From positions 84,519-148,518 of the forward strand of contig CAVTHV010000016.1 of assembly GCA_963734595.1 (NCBI GenBank): a stretch of 64,000 nt of DNA. Direction: 5' to 3'. Positions 1 through 10,551 of the stretch are shown here, piece by piece (position 1 is the stretch's first letter; every line of letters starts with the position of its first letter). Under the pieces are notes generated by a model. It saw only the letters and a program-made list of their open reading frames with translations. It was not told the DNA's origin and ran no database searches. The position numbers were made by a program, and so were the translations under genes. The stretch comes from an uncultured beta proteobacterium (lineage in GTDB: Bacteria; Pseudomonadota; Gammaproteobacteria; Burkholderiales; SG8-41).

Positions 1-1
1 T

Positions 2-661
2 TACGCGGTGATCACCGCGCGCGACGGCGAAGAGGCGCTGAGCAAGTTGAGCAGCGAGACCTACGATCTCGTGTTCACCGACATCAAGATGCCGGGGATG
101 AGCGGTCTCGAAGTGGCCGAACGGGTCAAGGCCAGTCAGCCGTGGCTGCCGGTGGTCATCATCACCGGCTACGGCACGGATGACAACGAAGCCAGGGCCG
201 AAGCCGCGGGCGTCGCAGACTTCCTGCACAAACCGCTGTCGCCGGAAATGATCGAAGACAGCGCGCACAAAGCCCTGCTCGAAAAAGAAGGCGCGGCAGC
301 AGCACCGGCCGCAGTCCCCGCCATTCTGCAGCCGGCAGCCGCGGAGAAGGAAACCGCGCGCGGCGGCATCGGCCTCGCCATCAAAAACGTCGCCCTGTTC
401 TTCGCGGCGCCTTTCATCGGGCTCGCCTACATCCTCGCCCTCCCGTTCGTCGGGCTCGGCATGCTGGCCTGGATGGGAAGCAAATCGCTGATGAAACGGC
501 GCGCGCCCAGGAAAGCCGCCATGTTTCTCAGGAAAGCCGGCATGTTCGTGGTGGCGCCTTTCATCGGGCTCGCCTACATCATCGCGTTTCCGTTCATCGG
601 GTTTGCGATGCTCGCCTGGATCGGCGTCAAGTCGCTGGTGAAACGCGCTGAAACAGAGTAA
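2..661 (+). CDS. Response-regulator receiver (REC) domain protein, 5' end cut by the window edge, with a C-terminal tandem hydrophobic repeat
   Basis: ORF 8..661. REC motifs are present (DLVFTDIKMPGMSG, VVIITGYG, FLHKP). The tail carries two ~33-aa near-identical hydrophobic units (APFIGLAYI..PF.G...LAW.G.KSL.KR). Confidence 0.8.
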   Translation, partial: YAVITARDGEEALSKLSSETYDLVFTDIKMPGMSGLEVAERVKASQPWLPVVIITGYGTDDNEARAEAAGVADFLHKPLSPEMIEDSAHKALLEKEGAAAAPAAVPAILQPAAAEKETARGGIGLAIKNVALFFAAPFIGLAYILALPFVGLGMLAWMGSKSLMKRRAPRKAAMFLRKAGMFVVAPFIGLAYIIAFPFIGFAMLAWIGVKSLVKRAETE

Positions 662-784
662 CGGCATTATAATTACACACAGCAGAAGGCCGCTGCCGCG
701 CAGATAGCGCAGCAGCCGTCGCCGGGAGGCTGAATGCCCCCCGGCGATTTTGTGGTGAGAGTACACAAAGGGGAAAACAACAAA

Positions 785-800
785 TGGCAAACTCCCGGCA
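785..800 (+). promoter_or_regulatory. Possible sigma54 (-24/-12) promoter, TGGCA-N8-GGCA with GG-N10-GC spacing
   Basis: The sequence tggcaaactcccggca has correct GG-N10-GC spacing, and an NtrC-type activator is encoded nearby. It lies only ~12 nt before the ATG at 813, which would imply a near-leaderless mRNA. Confidence 0.25.
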
Positions 801-812
801 AAGTCAGACACC

Positions 813-2105
813 ATGACCCGAGCACCATCAGCCTTTGCCGTAGTTGCGGCCGTGCTGATGCTGTTTTCCATCACGCCCATGCCCGCCGCTGCCGCTGACA
901 GCGCGCTTTCCGACGCGGACAAGACGTGCCTCGGCTGCCACTCGAACGCGGATTTCAAAAAGGATCTCGGGAACGGCAAATCGCTCTCGCTTCACGTAGC
1001 GGGCGACGCGTTCGCCAAGTCGGTCCACGGCGCGATGGGCTGCGCCAGCTGCCATTCCGATATCGACGTCGCAAAGCATTCGTCGGCAAGCCGCGAAATC
1101 AAGGATCCGCGCGAATACTCGATCGCGATGGCGGGGGTCTGCCGCCAGTGTCACGCCGAGGAATTCAAGCAATACGAGGCGAGCAACCATGCCAACCTGC
1201 TGCGCAAGGGCAACCTGTGGGCACCGGTGTGCACGGATTGCCACGGCTCGCATGCGGTCACGCCCAGGACCGCGTACGACACCTGCGTCGGCTGCCACGC
1301 GAGCGCAATGGACGGCCACCAGAAATGGCTCCCCAACGCCCGGCTCCATCTCGAAGTGGTGTCCTGCGCGGCCTGCCATGCACCGGCCGTGCAGCGGATG
1401 GTCGACCTGCGGCTCTACGACACCGCGACCCAAAAATGGGTTTCCGAGAAGGAAGGCCAGCCGCAGTTCGAGAAACTGGCGCGCTCGGCCGACGCAGATG
1501 GCAATGGACTGGATGCCCTCGAGCTGCGCAAACTGCTCGCCGAAATCAACCGCGGCGGCAAGCCGGGCCAAATAACCTTCAGGGGCAGAATCGAGCTGCG
1601 CAAGGAAATCGACGCGCACCAGCTTTCCGACAAGTCCAAGGCACTGCGGACCTGCGACAACTGCCACCGCGAGGGCGCGGAGCCGTTTCAGAATGTGACT
1701 GTGTCCATCATCGGCGCCGACGGCAAGACGCTGCGCTACAACGCCCACAAAGACGTTCTGAGTTCGGTGCTTTCGGTGGATACGCTGCGCCTGTTTTACG
1801 CGATCGGCGGCACCCGCAACAAGGTGCTGGACATACTCCTGGTCCTCGCCGTGCTGGGCGGTCTCGCGGTGCCGATCGGACACCAAACGATGAAACGGTT
1901 GGTCGCACGACAGACCCGGAAAGAAGAAGAGGCCGCGCGCGCAGCCGAACAATCGCAGACTCAAAGCCCGTCCAGGCCCGGCGATGCGCCTGACGGCAGC
2001 GATAAGCCCCAGTTAGAAGGAAACGCAAAATGCAAAAAGTATACGTACATCCGCTTCCGATCAGAATCTGGCACATCATCAACGCGGCCGGCATGCTGGC
2101 CATGA
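813..2105 (+). CDS. Heptaheme c-type cytochrome with signal peptide and C-terminal membrane anchor
   Basis: Seven CXXCH motifs (CLGCH, CASCH, CRQCH, CTDCH, CVGCH, CAACH, CDNCH), an N-terminal signal-like segment and the TM helix VLDILLVLAVLGGLAV. The last ~25 codons overlap the next gene by 76 nt, so the true stop may be earlier. Confidence 0.8.
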   Translation: MTRAPSAFAVVAAVLMLFSITPMPAAAADSALSDADKTCLGCHSNADFKKDLGNGKSLSLHVAGDAFAKSVHGAMGCASCHSDIDVAKHSSASREIKDPREYSIAMAGVCRQCHAEEFKQYEASNHANLLRKGNLWAPVCTDCHGSHAVTPRTAYDTCVGCHASAMDGHQKWLPNARLHLEVVSCAACHAPAVQRMVDLRLYDTATQKWVSEKEGQPQFEKLARSADADGNGLDALELRKLLAEINRGGKPGQITFRGRIELRKEIDAHQLSDKSKALRTCDNCHREGAEPFQNVTVSIIGADGKTLRYNAHKDVLSSVLSVDTLRLFYAIGGTRNKVLDILLVLAVLGGLAVPIGHQTMKRLVARQTRKEEEAARAAEQSQTQSPSRPGDAPDGSDKPQLEGNAKCKKYTYIRFRSESGTSSTRPACWP

Positions 2106-2692
2106 TTTTCACCGGAAGCCAGATCCGCTACATCGGACTCGCCGACGTGCTGCCGTTCCGCACCGCCGTCAACCTGCACAACTGGATCGGGTTTGTTCTG
2201 ATCGGCAACTATTTCATCTGGCTGCTGTTTTACCTGTTTACGGACAAGATCAAGGTGTACCACCCGGAATTGAGCCCGGCCAGGCATTTTCGCAACAGCT
2301 TCCGCCAGATGCAGTATTACGGCTACGGCATATTCAAGGGCCACCCCAATCCGCACCAGGTGAGCGCTTATGACAAATTCAACCCGTTGCAGAGCGGGAT
2401 GTACCAGGTGGTGATGCTGCTGCTCCTGCCCCTCGTGTACGTGACCGGAATCCTGCTGTGGGACGTCAAGCTTTTTTACGGCGTCGTGGAGTGGTTCGGC
2501 GGGGTGCGGGTGGTGGATACGGTGCACGTGCTGATCTACATCTTCTTCGCGTTTTTTACCATTTTTCACATCTACATGGGGAGCCTCGGGCACACGCCGA
2601 CGGCGCACTACAAGGCGATGTTCGTGACCGGTTACGAGGAAGTGGACGAGGCGCACCCGGCTGCCGAACAGCAGGGAACCGGGGTCTCCTGA
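2030..2692 (+). CDS. Membrane b-type cytochrome, PhsC/FdnI/HydC-like family
   Basis: 220-aa polytopic protein with conserved His in its helices (IRIWHIINA.., VNLHNWIG, TVHVLIY.., HIYMG). RBS gaaggaaac lies upstream of the ATG, and the gene is adjacent to the multiheme cytochrome. Confidence 0.7.
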   Translation: MQKVYVHPLPIRIWHIINAAGMLAMIFTGSQIRYIGLADVLPFRTAVNLHNWIGFVLIGNYFIWLLFYLFTDKIKVYHPELSPARHFRNSFRQMQYYGYGIFKGHPNPHQVSAYDKFNPLQSGMYQVVMLLLLPLVYVTGILLWDVKLFYGVVEWFGGVRVVDTVHVLIYIFFAFFTIFHIYMGSLGHTPTAHYKAMFVTGYEEVDEAHPAAEQQGTGVS

Positions 2693-2710
2693 CAGCGGTC
2701 CGGCGCGGCG

Positions 2711-4129
<1,419 letters not shown>

Positions 4130-5775
4130 TGTTTCGCTCCCGCTGTTTGCCGCTGCTGCGTCACCCGCATGAGGATTCAGGGGAAGGTAGATGCGGAACG
4201 TGGATCCCTCCCCGACCCTGCTTTCCACCTCGATCGTCCCGCCGTGGGCCCTGACGATGCCGTGGCTGACGGACAGCCCCAGCCCCGTCCCCTTTCCCAC
4301 TTCCTTCGAGGTGAAAAAGGGATCGAAGATCCGCCGCAGGTTTTTCTCCGGGATGCCGCACCCGGTGTCGATGACCGAGAGTTCCGCCATGGGCACCGCC
4401 GGCGCGCCCGGTTCCGGGCTCTTGGGCTCCGGGCAACAGACGGCTGCGGACGGTGATGCTGCCCTTCTCCTCGATGGCGTGCTGGGCGTTGACGAGCATG
4501 TTCATGATCACCTGCTTGATCAGGTCGGCGTCGACCCACGCCGGCGGCAGACTGCGGTCGAGGTCCAGGGTGATCTCGATGTCGCGCAAATGACGCGGGC
4601 CGCTCGATGATGCGCACCGTGTCCTCGATGATCTGGTTGAGGTCGGCAAATTTCTTCTCCGGCGTCTTTTCGCGGGCGAAATCGAGCAGCCTGCGGATGA
4701 TGGCGGCGCAGCGCTTGGTTTCCCGGATCACCAGGTCGAGGTCTTCCGCCTCCGGGCTCCCGTCCGGCATCTTTTTCCGCAGCAGGTGCGAGAAAGTGAG
4801 GATGCCGGTCAACGGATTGTTCAATTCATGGGCGATCCCGGCGGCGAGCAGCCCGACCGAGGCCAGTTTTTCGCCGCGCGCGGCCTCGGCCTCGGCGACG
4901 CGCAGTTCCTGGGTCCGCCTTTCCACTTTCTGCTCCAGCGTGTGGCCCCATTCCCGCAATTCCAGCTGGGAATTCTTGAGCGCCGCCGTCATGGCGTTGA
5001 ACGAGGCCGCCAGCTGCCCGAATTCGTCCCCGCTGCGCACCGGGATCGGCTGCTCCAGATTTCCCGAGGCGAGCCGCTTGGCGCCGGTTTCCAGGTCGCG
5101 CAGAGGCACATAGACCAGGCGGTGCACGAAAAAGCTGACGAAGAGCGAAGCGATGACGATGAAGCCAAGCGAAAAGCCGGCGATCGTGATCGTGTTCCGG
5201 CGCATGGTCCGGTCGATCTCGTCGAGGTTGTAGACGATGTCGAGGACGCCCAGCACCGACTGCGCCTTGGTATGCACATGGCATGCCGCGGTGTAGCACG
5301 ACGGTTCGTTGCGGATCACCTCCATGCTGCCGAGCAGCCGCCCTCCGTCCGGATTGGCGAAAATCCGCGCCCTCTTGTTCGTGGGAATCTGCGCCAGCGG
5401 CGTCTCGCCCTGGTGGCAGAGGAAGCAGGCTTCGGCTTTCCGGTTCACCTTCATCCCGATTTCCGGCGGGAAGGTGGAGGAAATGATGCGCCCGTCCTTG
5501 CTGAAGATCCGGACCTTCTGAATGTGCTCCTGGCGTCCCACGTCCATGAGAATCCGGTTTACGTAAGCGGGCTGGTTCTGGAGCATGGCGAAACGGGTGC
5601 TCCTGGTGATCACCTCGGAGAGCTGGGTGACGTGGCTCACCGCCTGGTCGAGGAGCTGATCCCGCTGATACCGGACGACCAGCAGGGTGAACACGAGCAT
5701 CGCCGCCATCAACGCGATGGCGAGATAAATGGCGACTTTGAGCTTGAGCGTCTGCGAGCGCATTCTCTCCCTCAC
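4130..5775 (-). CDS. Sensor histidine kinase (TM, periplasmic CXXCH domain, HAMP, HisKA, HATPase) interrupted by two apparent +1 frameshifts
   Basis: Three ORF pieces cover it (4177..5775, 4161..4649 and the N-terminal part of 2711..4396). H-box [11 protein letters not shown]-box [10 protein letters not shown] and G-boxes DTGCGIP/GTGLGL are present. The periplasmic loop has CFLCH. Frame breaks lie near 4590 and 4430. No stop codon separates it from the downstream regulator. Confidence 0.8.
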
Positions 5776-5904
5776 CCTTCTTCAGAAAGGGACGGGAACT
5801 TGTTTTCGGATCGGGGAAACGCCATAAACACGACAGCCTCGAAATTCGGTCGTCCTGACTCGGCAGTACGCTTAAAAGAATAGCAGTTCGACCATAGCGC
5901 CGAA

Positions 5905-5918
5905 TTGACCTGTATCAA
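5905..5918. promoter_or_regulatory. FNR/Dnr-type box TTGACctgtATCAA
   Basis: Perfect TTGAY-N4-RTCAA palindrome in the divergent region between the kinase gene (-) and the c5-fusion gene (+). Confidence 0.5.
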
Positions 5919-6174
5919 ACAGCGGGGCGGGCAGTGCCCGCACGCGGTCCGGTTGCTCCCGTCATGGGCCCAATATGCCGCGCCGCCGGCTGCAAACGGC
6001 ACGGCGCCGCTTTTCCGGAGCCGCCCCGGCCGGATTCCGGGAACGTCAATGCGCCCGGGTCGGGCTGTGAGGTATAATATTTCGCATGTTTGCACGATTA
6101 TTCTGCCCTCCGGCGACCTCGTTCCCGAGGCGTTAATTCTGCCGATGCTTTTCGACCGCAGTTGACCTAAGAGG

Positions 6175-7257
6175 ATGCTGTCCATGCGCAACCCAGTACA
6201 CGCCGAAGGACATTCGTCCTTTGTCCGCACGCCGAAACGACTCCTGGCGGCCATCGTTCTTTGTTCTGCGGCAGCGCTCATGCCGCAACTGGCAGGCGCC
6301 CAGAGCGGCGATCGCAGCGGCAAAGAGGTGGTAGAGGCCGTTTGCGCCGCCTGTCATGCCACGGGCGCGAAGGGCTCGCCCAAAATCGGCGATCAGAAAG
6401 CGTGGGCCAAGCTCGCTGCGCGGGGCCTCAGCAGCCTCACCGCCAGCGCGCTCAAGGGTATCCGGAACATGCCGTCGCACGGCGGCAATCCGTCGCTCAC
6501 CGACAATGAAATCGAGCGCGCCATCACCTATATGGTCAATCAGTCAGGCGGCCACTGGACCGAGCCCATCAGCCGGACACCCGAAGAGCGCAAAGGCGAG
6601 CAGGTCGTGAAATCGCAATGCGCCAAGTGCCATCAGGCCGGCGTCGGCGGCGCGCCGAAGATCGGCGACCGGGCGGCCTGGATTCCCCGGCTCAAGCAAG
6701 GGATGGATTTCCTGGTGCGCTCGGCGATCAACGGGCACGGCGGCATGCCGCCGCGCGGCGGCATGGCCAATCTCACCGATGCCGAAGTCCAGTCCGCGAT
6801 CGTTTACATGGTGAATGGCGGCAGTGTTCCGGCAGCGAAGGCGGCTTCCGCTGCGCCGGCTGCGACAGCCGACCCCAATCATAAGGTCATCGGGGGAACG
6901 GAGATCTATCTGGGCGTCGTCTCGGCGGAATCGATGCGCGCACAGTATCCGAAGGGAAGCCCGGAAAGCGCGATGCACGGGGGCATCCCGAGCGGCAGGG
7001 GCTATTACCACGTGAACATCTCGCTGCTCGACAGCAAGACCAAAGCGGTGATCACGGATGCGCAGGTAGAGGCGAAAGTCGCGGAACCCACCGGCGGCGA
7101 AACGAAAAAGCTCGAGCTCGTGACGCTCAACAACACGAAGAGCTATGGCAACTATTTCCGCATGCCCAGCAAGAACCCCTACACGATTACGGTGCAAATC
7201 CAGAGGCCGGGCGCAGCGCGGCCGATCGTGGCCAGGTTCGATTACAGGCACTACTGA
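6175..7257 (+). CDS. Diheme cytochrome c5-type protein fused to a C-terminal ~130-aa domain of unknown function
   Basis: Signal peptide, then two c5-like units (CAACH..PKIGD..MPSHGG; CAKCH..PKIGD..MPPRGG). An Ala-rich linker leads to a domain with a beta-rich appearance (HGGIPSGRGYYHVNISLLD...ITVQIQRPG). Confidence 0.75.
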   Translation: MLSMRNPVHAEGHSSFVRTPKRLLAAIVLCSAAALMPQLAGAQSGDRSGKEVVEAVCAACHATGAKGSPKIGDQKAWAKLAARGLSSLTASALKGIRNMPSHGGNPSLTDNEIERAITYMVNQSGGHWTEPISRTPEERKGEQVVKSQCAKCHQAGVGGAPKIGDRAAWIPRLKQGMDFLVRSAINGHGGMPPRGGMANLTDAEVQSAIVYMVNGGSVPAAKAASAAPAATADPNHKVIGGTEIYLGVVSAESMRAQYPKGSPESAMHGGIPSGRGYYHVNISLLDSKTKAVITDAQVEAKVAEPTGGETKKLELVTLNNTKSYGNYFRMPSKNPYTITVQIQRPGAARPIVARFDYRHY

Positions 7258-7283
7258 CGGTCGACGCGCATTGCGTTCAAAAA

Positions 7284-7306
7284 AGCTGGCTGCGGCCGGC
7301 TTTTTT
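7284..7306 (+). terminator. Rho-independent terminator after the c5-fusion gene
   Basis: The 7-bp stem agctggc/gccggct has one G-U pair and loop tgcg. A T6 run follows and an A6 run precedes it, so it may act in both directions. Confidence 0.55.
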
Positions 7307-7607
7307 GTTGCCCGCCGCAAGGATGCGGCAGCGCAACGCGGCAACAATCCACTCCGTTGATCCGTGCCGGGGTATCAGTAAATTATCATTAAAAACAACG
7401 TATTACATACTCTGTTCGGATGCGTGGCGCAGCCGTCCTGATGTTAAACGGCGCGCGTCGGCACATCCCGCGCGCACGCTGCTTTCAACCCTCGCGAACA
7501 TGTGCATTTGCGCCCGCGTATTGCGGCCGGCGTTGCCGATCGAAATTGCGCGCCTTGCGCAATCCCTCGCTGCATGGGGCCACACCCGACCAGCCGTTCG
7601 CATCCGT

Positions 7608-7621
7608 TTGACGCAGATCAA
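7608..7621. promoter_or_regulatory. FNR/Dnr-type box TTGACgcagATCAA
   Basis: Perfect palindrome inside the 725-bp non-coding gap, ~370 bp upstream of the tetraheme cytochrome gene. Confidence 0.4.
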
Positions 7622-7982
7622 AGGCAACGGGAGGCGACAACGCTAGCATTGACACCGCATTGATCGGCAACCATTTCCGGGGGAAAGCATCGCAACCACG
7701 TTGGTAAAAACGATCGCATCATCGCAACACCGCGGGTCGATAATTTCAAAAGGGCTGTGCGTGGATTTCGCGCTCAAACCCCGCTCGGCAGTCGTTGCGC
7801 CGTCTGCTCTTTATCCGTGATCACCCGATTGTTTCCGCCTGGGGCGACGAGGCCGCATCGCCGCGCCCAAATCCGGTCCCAGCGCAGTGGGGATTCTGGC
7901 ATGCGCCGGCCCGGCGTCGCCGAATAGAGACGGACACCGGGCAGGTATAGAATGTCGGGGATTTCTGTAACAGTTTAGGGGA

Positions 7983-9221
7983 ATGTCGATGACACGAAAC
8001 ACAGGCACTCTACTCGCTGCGGCATTCATGCTCGCTGCGGCCATCACGAGCGTGGGTTATTCCCCGGCCACGACCGCCCAGCCTGCCACGATCAAGGCCG
8101 GCAGCGGTGACGATCTTCGGGCGGTCTACGCTGGTGCCCCGGAGGTCGCGGAGGGCGCCCGCGTCGCAACGGCCTCGTGCGCCAGCTGTCATGGCAAGAA
8201 CGGCATCAGCCGCGCGAAGGGCATGCCGAACATCGCCGGCCAGCGACCGGCATACCTCTACAACGAACTCGTGGCCTACAAGCAAGGCACCCGCAAAGAT
8301 CCCGGCATGGGGAACGCCGTCAAGTTCCTGAGCGACGATGCGCTGGTCAAGGTCGCCGCTTACTATGCCAGCCTCGATCCCGCACAACCCGAGGTGAAGA
8401 GCGACGCCAAGGCCGCGCCCGCCAAGGACCCGCTGGCGGCCGGCAAGGCCGCGGCGGCCGGCTGCGCAGGCTGCCACGGCGAGCTCGGCATCAGCTCGAC
8501 GCCGGGCATGCCCAGCCTCGTCGGACTCGATCCGAAATACCTGGTTGCGGCGATGACCGCCTACAAGAACGGGCAACGCAAGAACGACATCATGAAGACG
8601 CTGATGGCGGCCTTCAGCGAAGCGGACATGAAGAACGTCGCGCTGTTCTACGCGCTGCAAAAACCCGCGCGGGCCAAGACCCCGGCTCCCGGCAAGCAGG
8701 ACGCGGGCAAGGCGGCGGCAGCGGCTTGCTCCGGATGCCATGGCGATCAGGGCGTCAGCGGCAGCCCCGCGACGCCGAGCCTCGCCGGCCAGGACGCGCA
8801 GTACTTCGCGAGCGCAATTCAGGCCTACAAGGACGGCTCCCGCAAGGACGACACGATGAAAGGACTCGCGGCGTCACTCGACGACAACGCCATCAAGGAT
8901 CTCGCGGCCTATTTCGCAGCCCAGCAGCCGCAGGCGCCGAAAGTAGCCAAGCCTCTGTCTACCGCCGAGCTGGCGCAACGATGCGACCGCTGTCACGGCG
9001 TCAACGGCAACAGCACCGACCCGCGCCACCCGGCGCTGGCCGCGCAACGCGTCGATTATCTGATGAAAACCCTGCGCGACTATCATTCGGGGCTGCACAA
9101 GAATTCGGCGATGAATGCGATGTCCAGCACGCTGACCGATACCGATATCGAAAATCTCGCGGCCCACTATGCAAGCCAGAAAGCGCGGGCCTTCACTTAC
9201 GTGCTGATACCTTCCAAATGA
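7983..9221 (+). CDS. Tetraheme c-type cytochrome built from four c4/c553-like domains
   Basis: Signal peptide and four CXXCH motifs (CASCH, CAGCH, CSGCH, CDRCH). Each is followed by ..P.L.GQ...Y....L..Y..G.R and ..M. Confidence 0.8.
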   Translation: MSMTRNTGTLLAAAFMLAAAITSVGYSPATTAQPATIKAGSGDDLRAVYAGAPEVAEGARVATASCASCHGKNGISRAKGMPNIAGQRPAYLYNELVAYKQGTRKDPGMGNAVKFLSDDALVKVAAYYASLDPAQPEVKSDAKAAPAKDPLAAGKAAAAGCAGCHGELGISSTPGMPSLVGLDPKYLVAAMTAYKNGQRKNDIMKTLMAAFSEADMKNVALFYALQKPARAKTPAPGKQDAGKAAAAACSGCHGDQGVSGSPATPSLAGQDAQYFASAIQAYKDGSRKDDTMKGLAASLDDNAIKDLAAYFAAQQPQAPKVAKPLSTAELAQRCDRCHGVNGNSTDPRHPALAAQRVDYLMKTLRDYHSGLHKNSAMNAMSSTLTDTDIENLAAHYASQKARAFTYVLIPSK

Positions 9222-9438
9222 TCGGGCCGATCAACGGATTGTTGCCTGCGGCCTATGCCGGGAGCCGCCCAAACGATGGCTGGACATGTCTGCGACGGGT
9301 TGTCGCGCGATGTCCGGCCACGGACAATCCCGGTGCCAAAGCGTATAATTTTTTCGTGCTAAAAACAGGGCTGGAGCATCGTGATGCGGCTTGAACCGCA
9401 CCCGAACATCCCGGCCCACAACACTAAAGGAATCAATC

Positions 9439-10221
9439 GTGAGTGATGTGCCACTGCACCGCCATTACCTTCATTATTCCGAGCTGCCCTACAGCATGCG
9501 CGTCCTGTATACCTCGGTGCTGCTCATACTGGGGTTGGGTTACATATTCGCGCTGACCTACGTGTTCGTCGCCCAGTCCGGCAAGGACGGCAAACCGGGA
9601 TTGTCATACGACGACATCGTCATCACCTACAGCGGCAGCGGCAAGGGTTCCCGGCTGGAAACCGCCCTGCGCGGACCGATGCAGAGCATGCTGCCGCCCG
9701 ACGAAATCGGCCCCATCATCGCCTGGGTGCAGGAAGGCGCCGGCCGCGAGGCGTACGAGAAGACGATCAGACCGACGCTGGACAAGCGCTGCATCAGCTG
9801 CCACGACGGCAGCAACCCGCACCTGCCGAATCTGAGCGGCTACGACAATCTCAAGAAAGTGACCGAGCGGGACACCGGCGCCTCGATTGCCACGCTGGTC
9901 CGCGTGTCGCACATCCACCTGTTCGGGCTTTCCTTCATCTTCTTCATCGTGGGCCTCATCTTCAGCCACGCCTACCTGCGGCCCGTCTGGTTCAAGTGCG
10001 CCGTCATCGCGCTGCCTTTCGTCGCCATCGTGATGGATGTCAGCTCCTGGTATTTCACCAAGCTCTTTCATCCGTTTGCCCTGGTCGTGATGGCCGGCGG
10101 CGGCCTGATGGGCATGTGCTTCGCCTTCATGTGGGTGGTGTCGATGTATCAGCTGTGGTTCTCCAGGACGCCTTCGCCCGTCGCGCAGAGAGGGGGCGGC
10201 GAAACTCCTGTCGTTGGTTGA
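9439..10221 (+). CDS. Polytopic membrane protein with one CXXCH motif in a predicted periplasmic loop
   Basis: RBS aaggaa lies 6-7 nt before the GTG at 9439. Hydrophobic helices are present, and the loop reads TLDKRCISCHDGSNPHLPNL. A TATAAT hexamer sits at 9344..9349. Confidence 0.6.
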   Translation: MSDVPLHRHYLHYSELPYSMRVLYTSVLLILGLGYIFALTYVFVAQSGKDGKPGLSYDDIVITYSGSGKGSRLETALRGPMQSMLPPDEIGPIIAWVQEGAGREAYEKTIRPTLDKRCISCHDGSNPHLPNLSGYDNLKKVTERDTGASIATLVRVSHIHLFGLSFIFFIVGLIFSHAYLRPVWFKCAVIALPFVAIVMDVSSWYFTKLFHPFALVVMAGGGLMGMCFAFMWVVSMYQLWFSRTPSPVAQRGGGETPVVG

Positions 10222-10288
10222 CGTGAGCGCAGACGAGGCGAGGCCGGGTTCTCACCGTGGCGGTTTGGCATGGTCCGGGGTGCGGTGT

Positions 10289-10302
10289 TTGATCCACGTC
10301 AA
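10289..10302. promoter_or_regulatory. FNR/Dnr-type box TTGATccacGTCAA
   Basis: Perfect palindrome ~250 bp upstream of the nonaheme-cytochrome b gene. Confidence 0.45.
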
Positions 10303-10495
10303 CGTCTGCCGCCCGCCATCCGTGTACATTTTGCGTTGTGACAACGCAGTCGATATTCTGAAAGCAGGAACACCGTGCGCCGCCATTCCTCAGCAAGCGT
10401 CGCACGGTGCGTCCCCGGGGACGGGTGTCGACGTATGCCGGGAAATGATCTACAGCTTTAAAAACACGCCTATGGAGCCTGCTTTCGGAGATCCC

Positions 10496-10511
10496 CGGCA
10501 CCTTCGTTGGC
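10496..10511 (+). promoter_or_regulatory. Possible sigma54 promoter, cGGCACcttcgTTGGC (one base too long in the -12 element)
   Basis: The sequence would match TGGCAC-N5-TTGC if one G of TTGGC were removed. It is well placed ~40 nt upstream of the ATG at 10552. Confidence 0.3.
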
Positions 10512-10551
10512 GTGAGCGGACCGACGAGATCAATCAGGGAGTCAAAAGAAA

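Noticed and set aside
828-1964. Long antisense ORF (378 aa) opposite the heptaheme cytochrome gene. Similar antisense ORFs occur at 2981..4456, 15023..16246, 21405..23459, 35989..38250, 57024..59105 and 59015..60340.
   Set aside because: Their Arg/Ala/Gly/Pro-rich composition is typical of shadow ORFs in high-GC DNA. Each lies opposite a gene with clear family motifs.
2030-2105. 76-nt overlap between the heptaheme gene and the cytochrome b gene, considered as evidence of a fused protein.
   Set aside because: The frames differ and the cytochrome b gene has its own RBS and ATG. The long tail of the heme protein is low-complexity and may result from an upstream single-base error.
7305-7646. 113-aa ORF in the long intergenic gap.
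   Set aside because: No recognisable motifs, no RBS, and skewed Arg/Ala content. It is probably non-coding.
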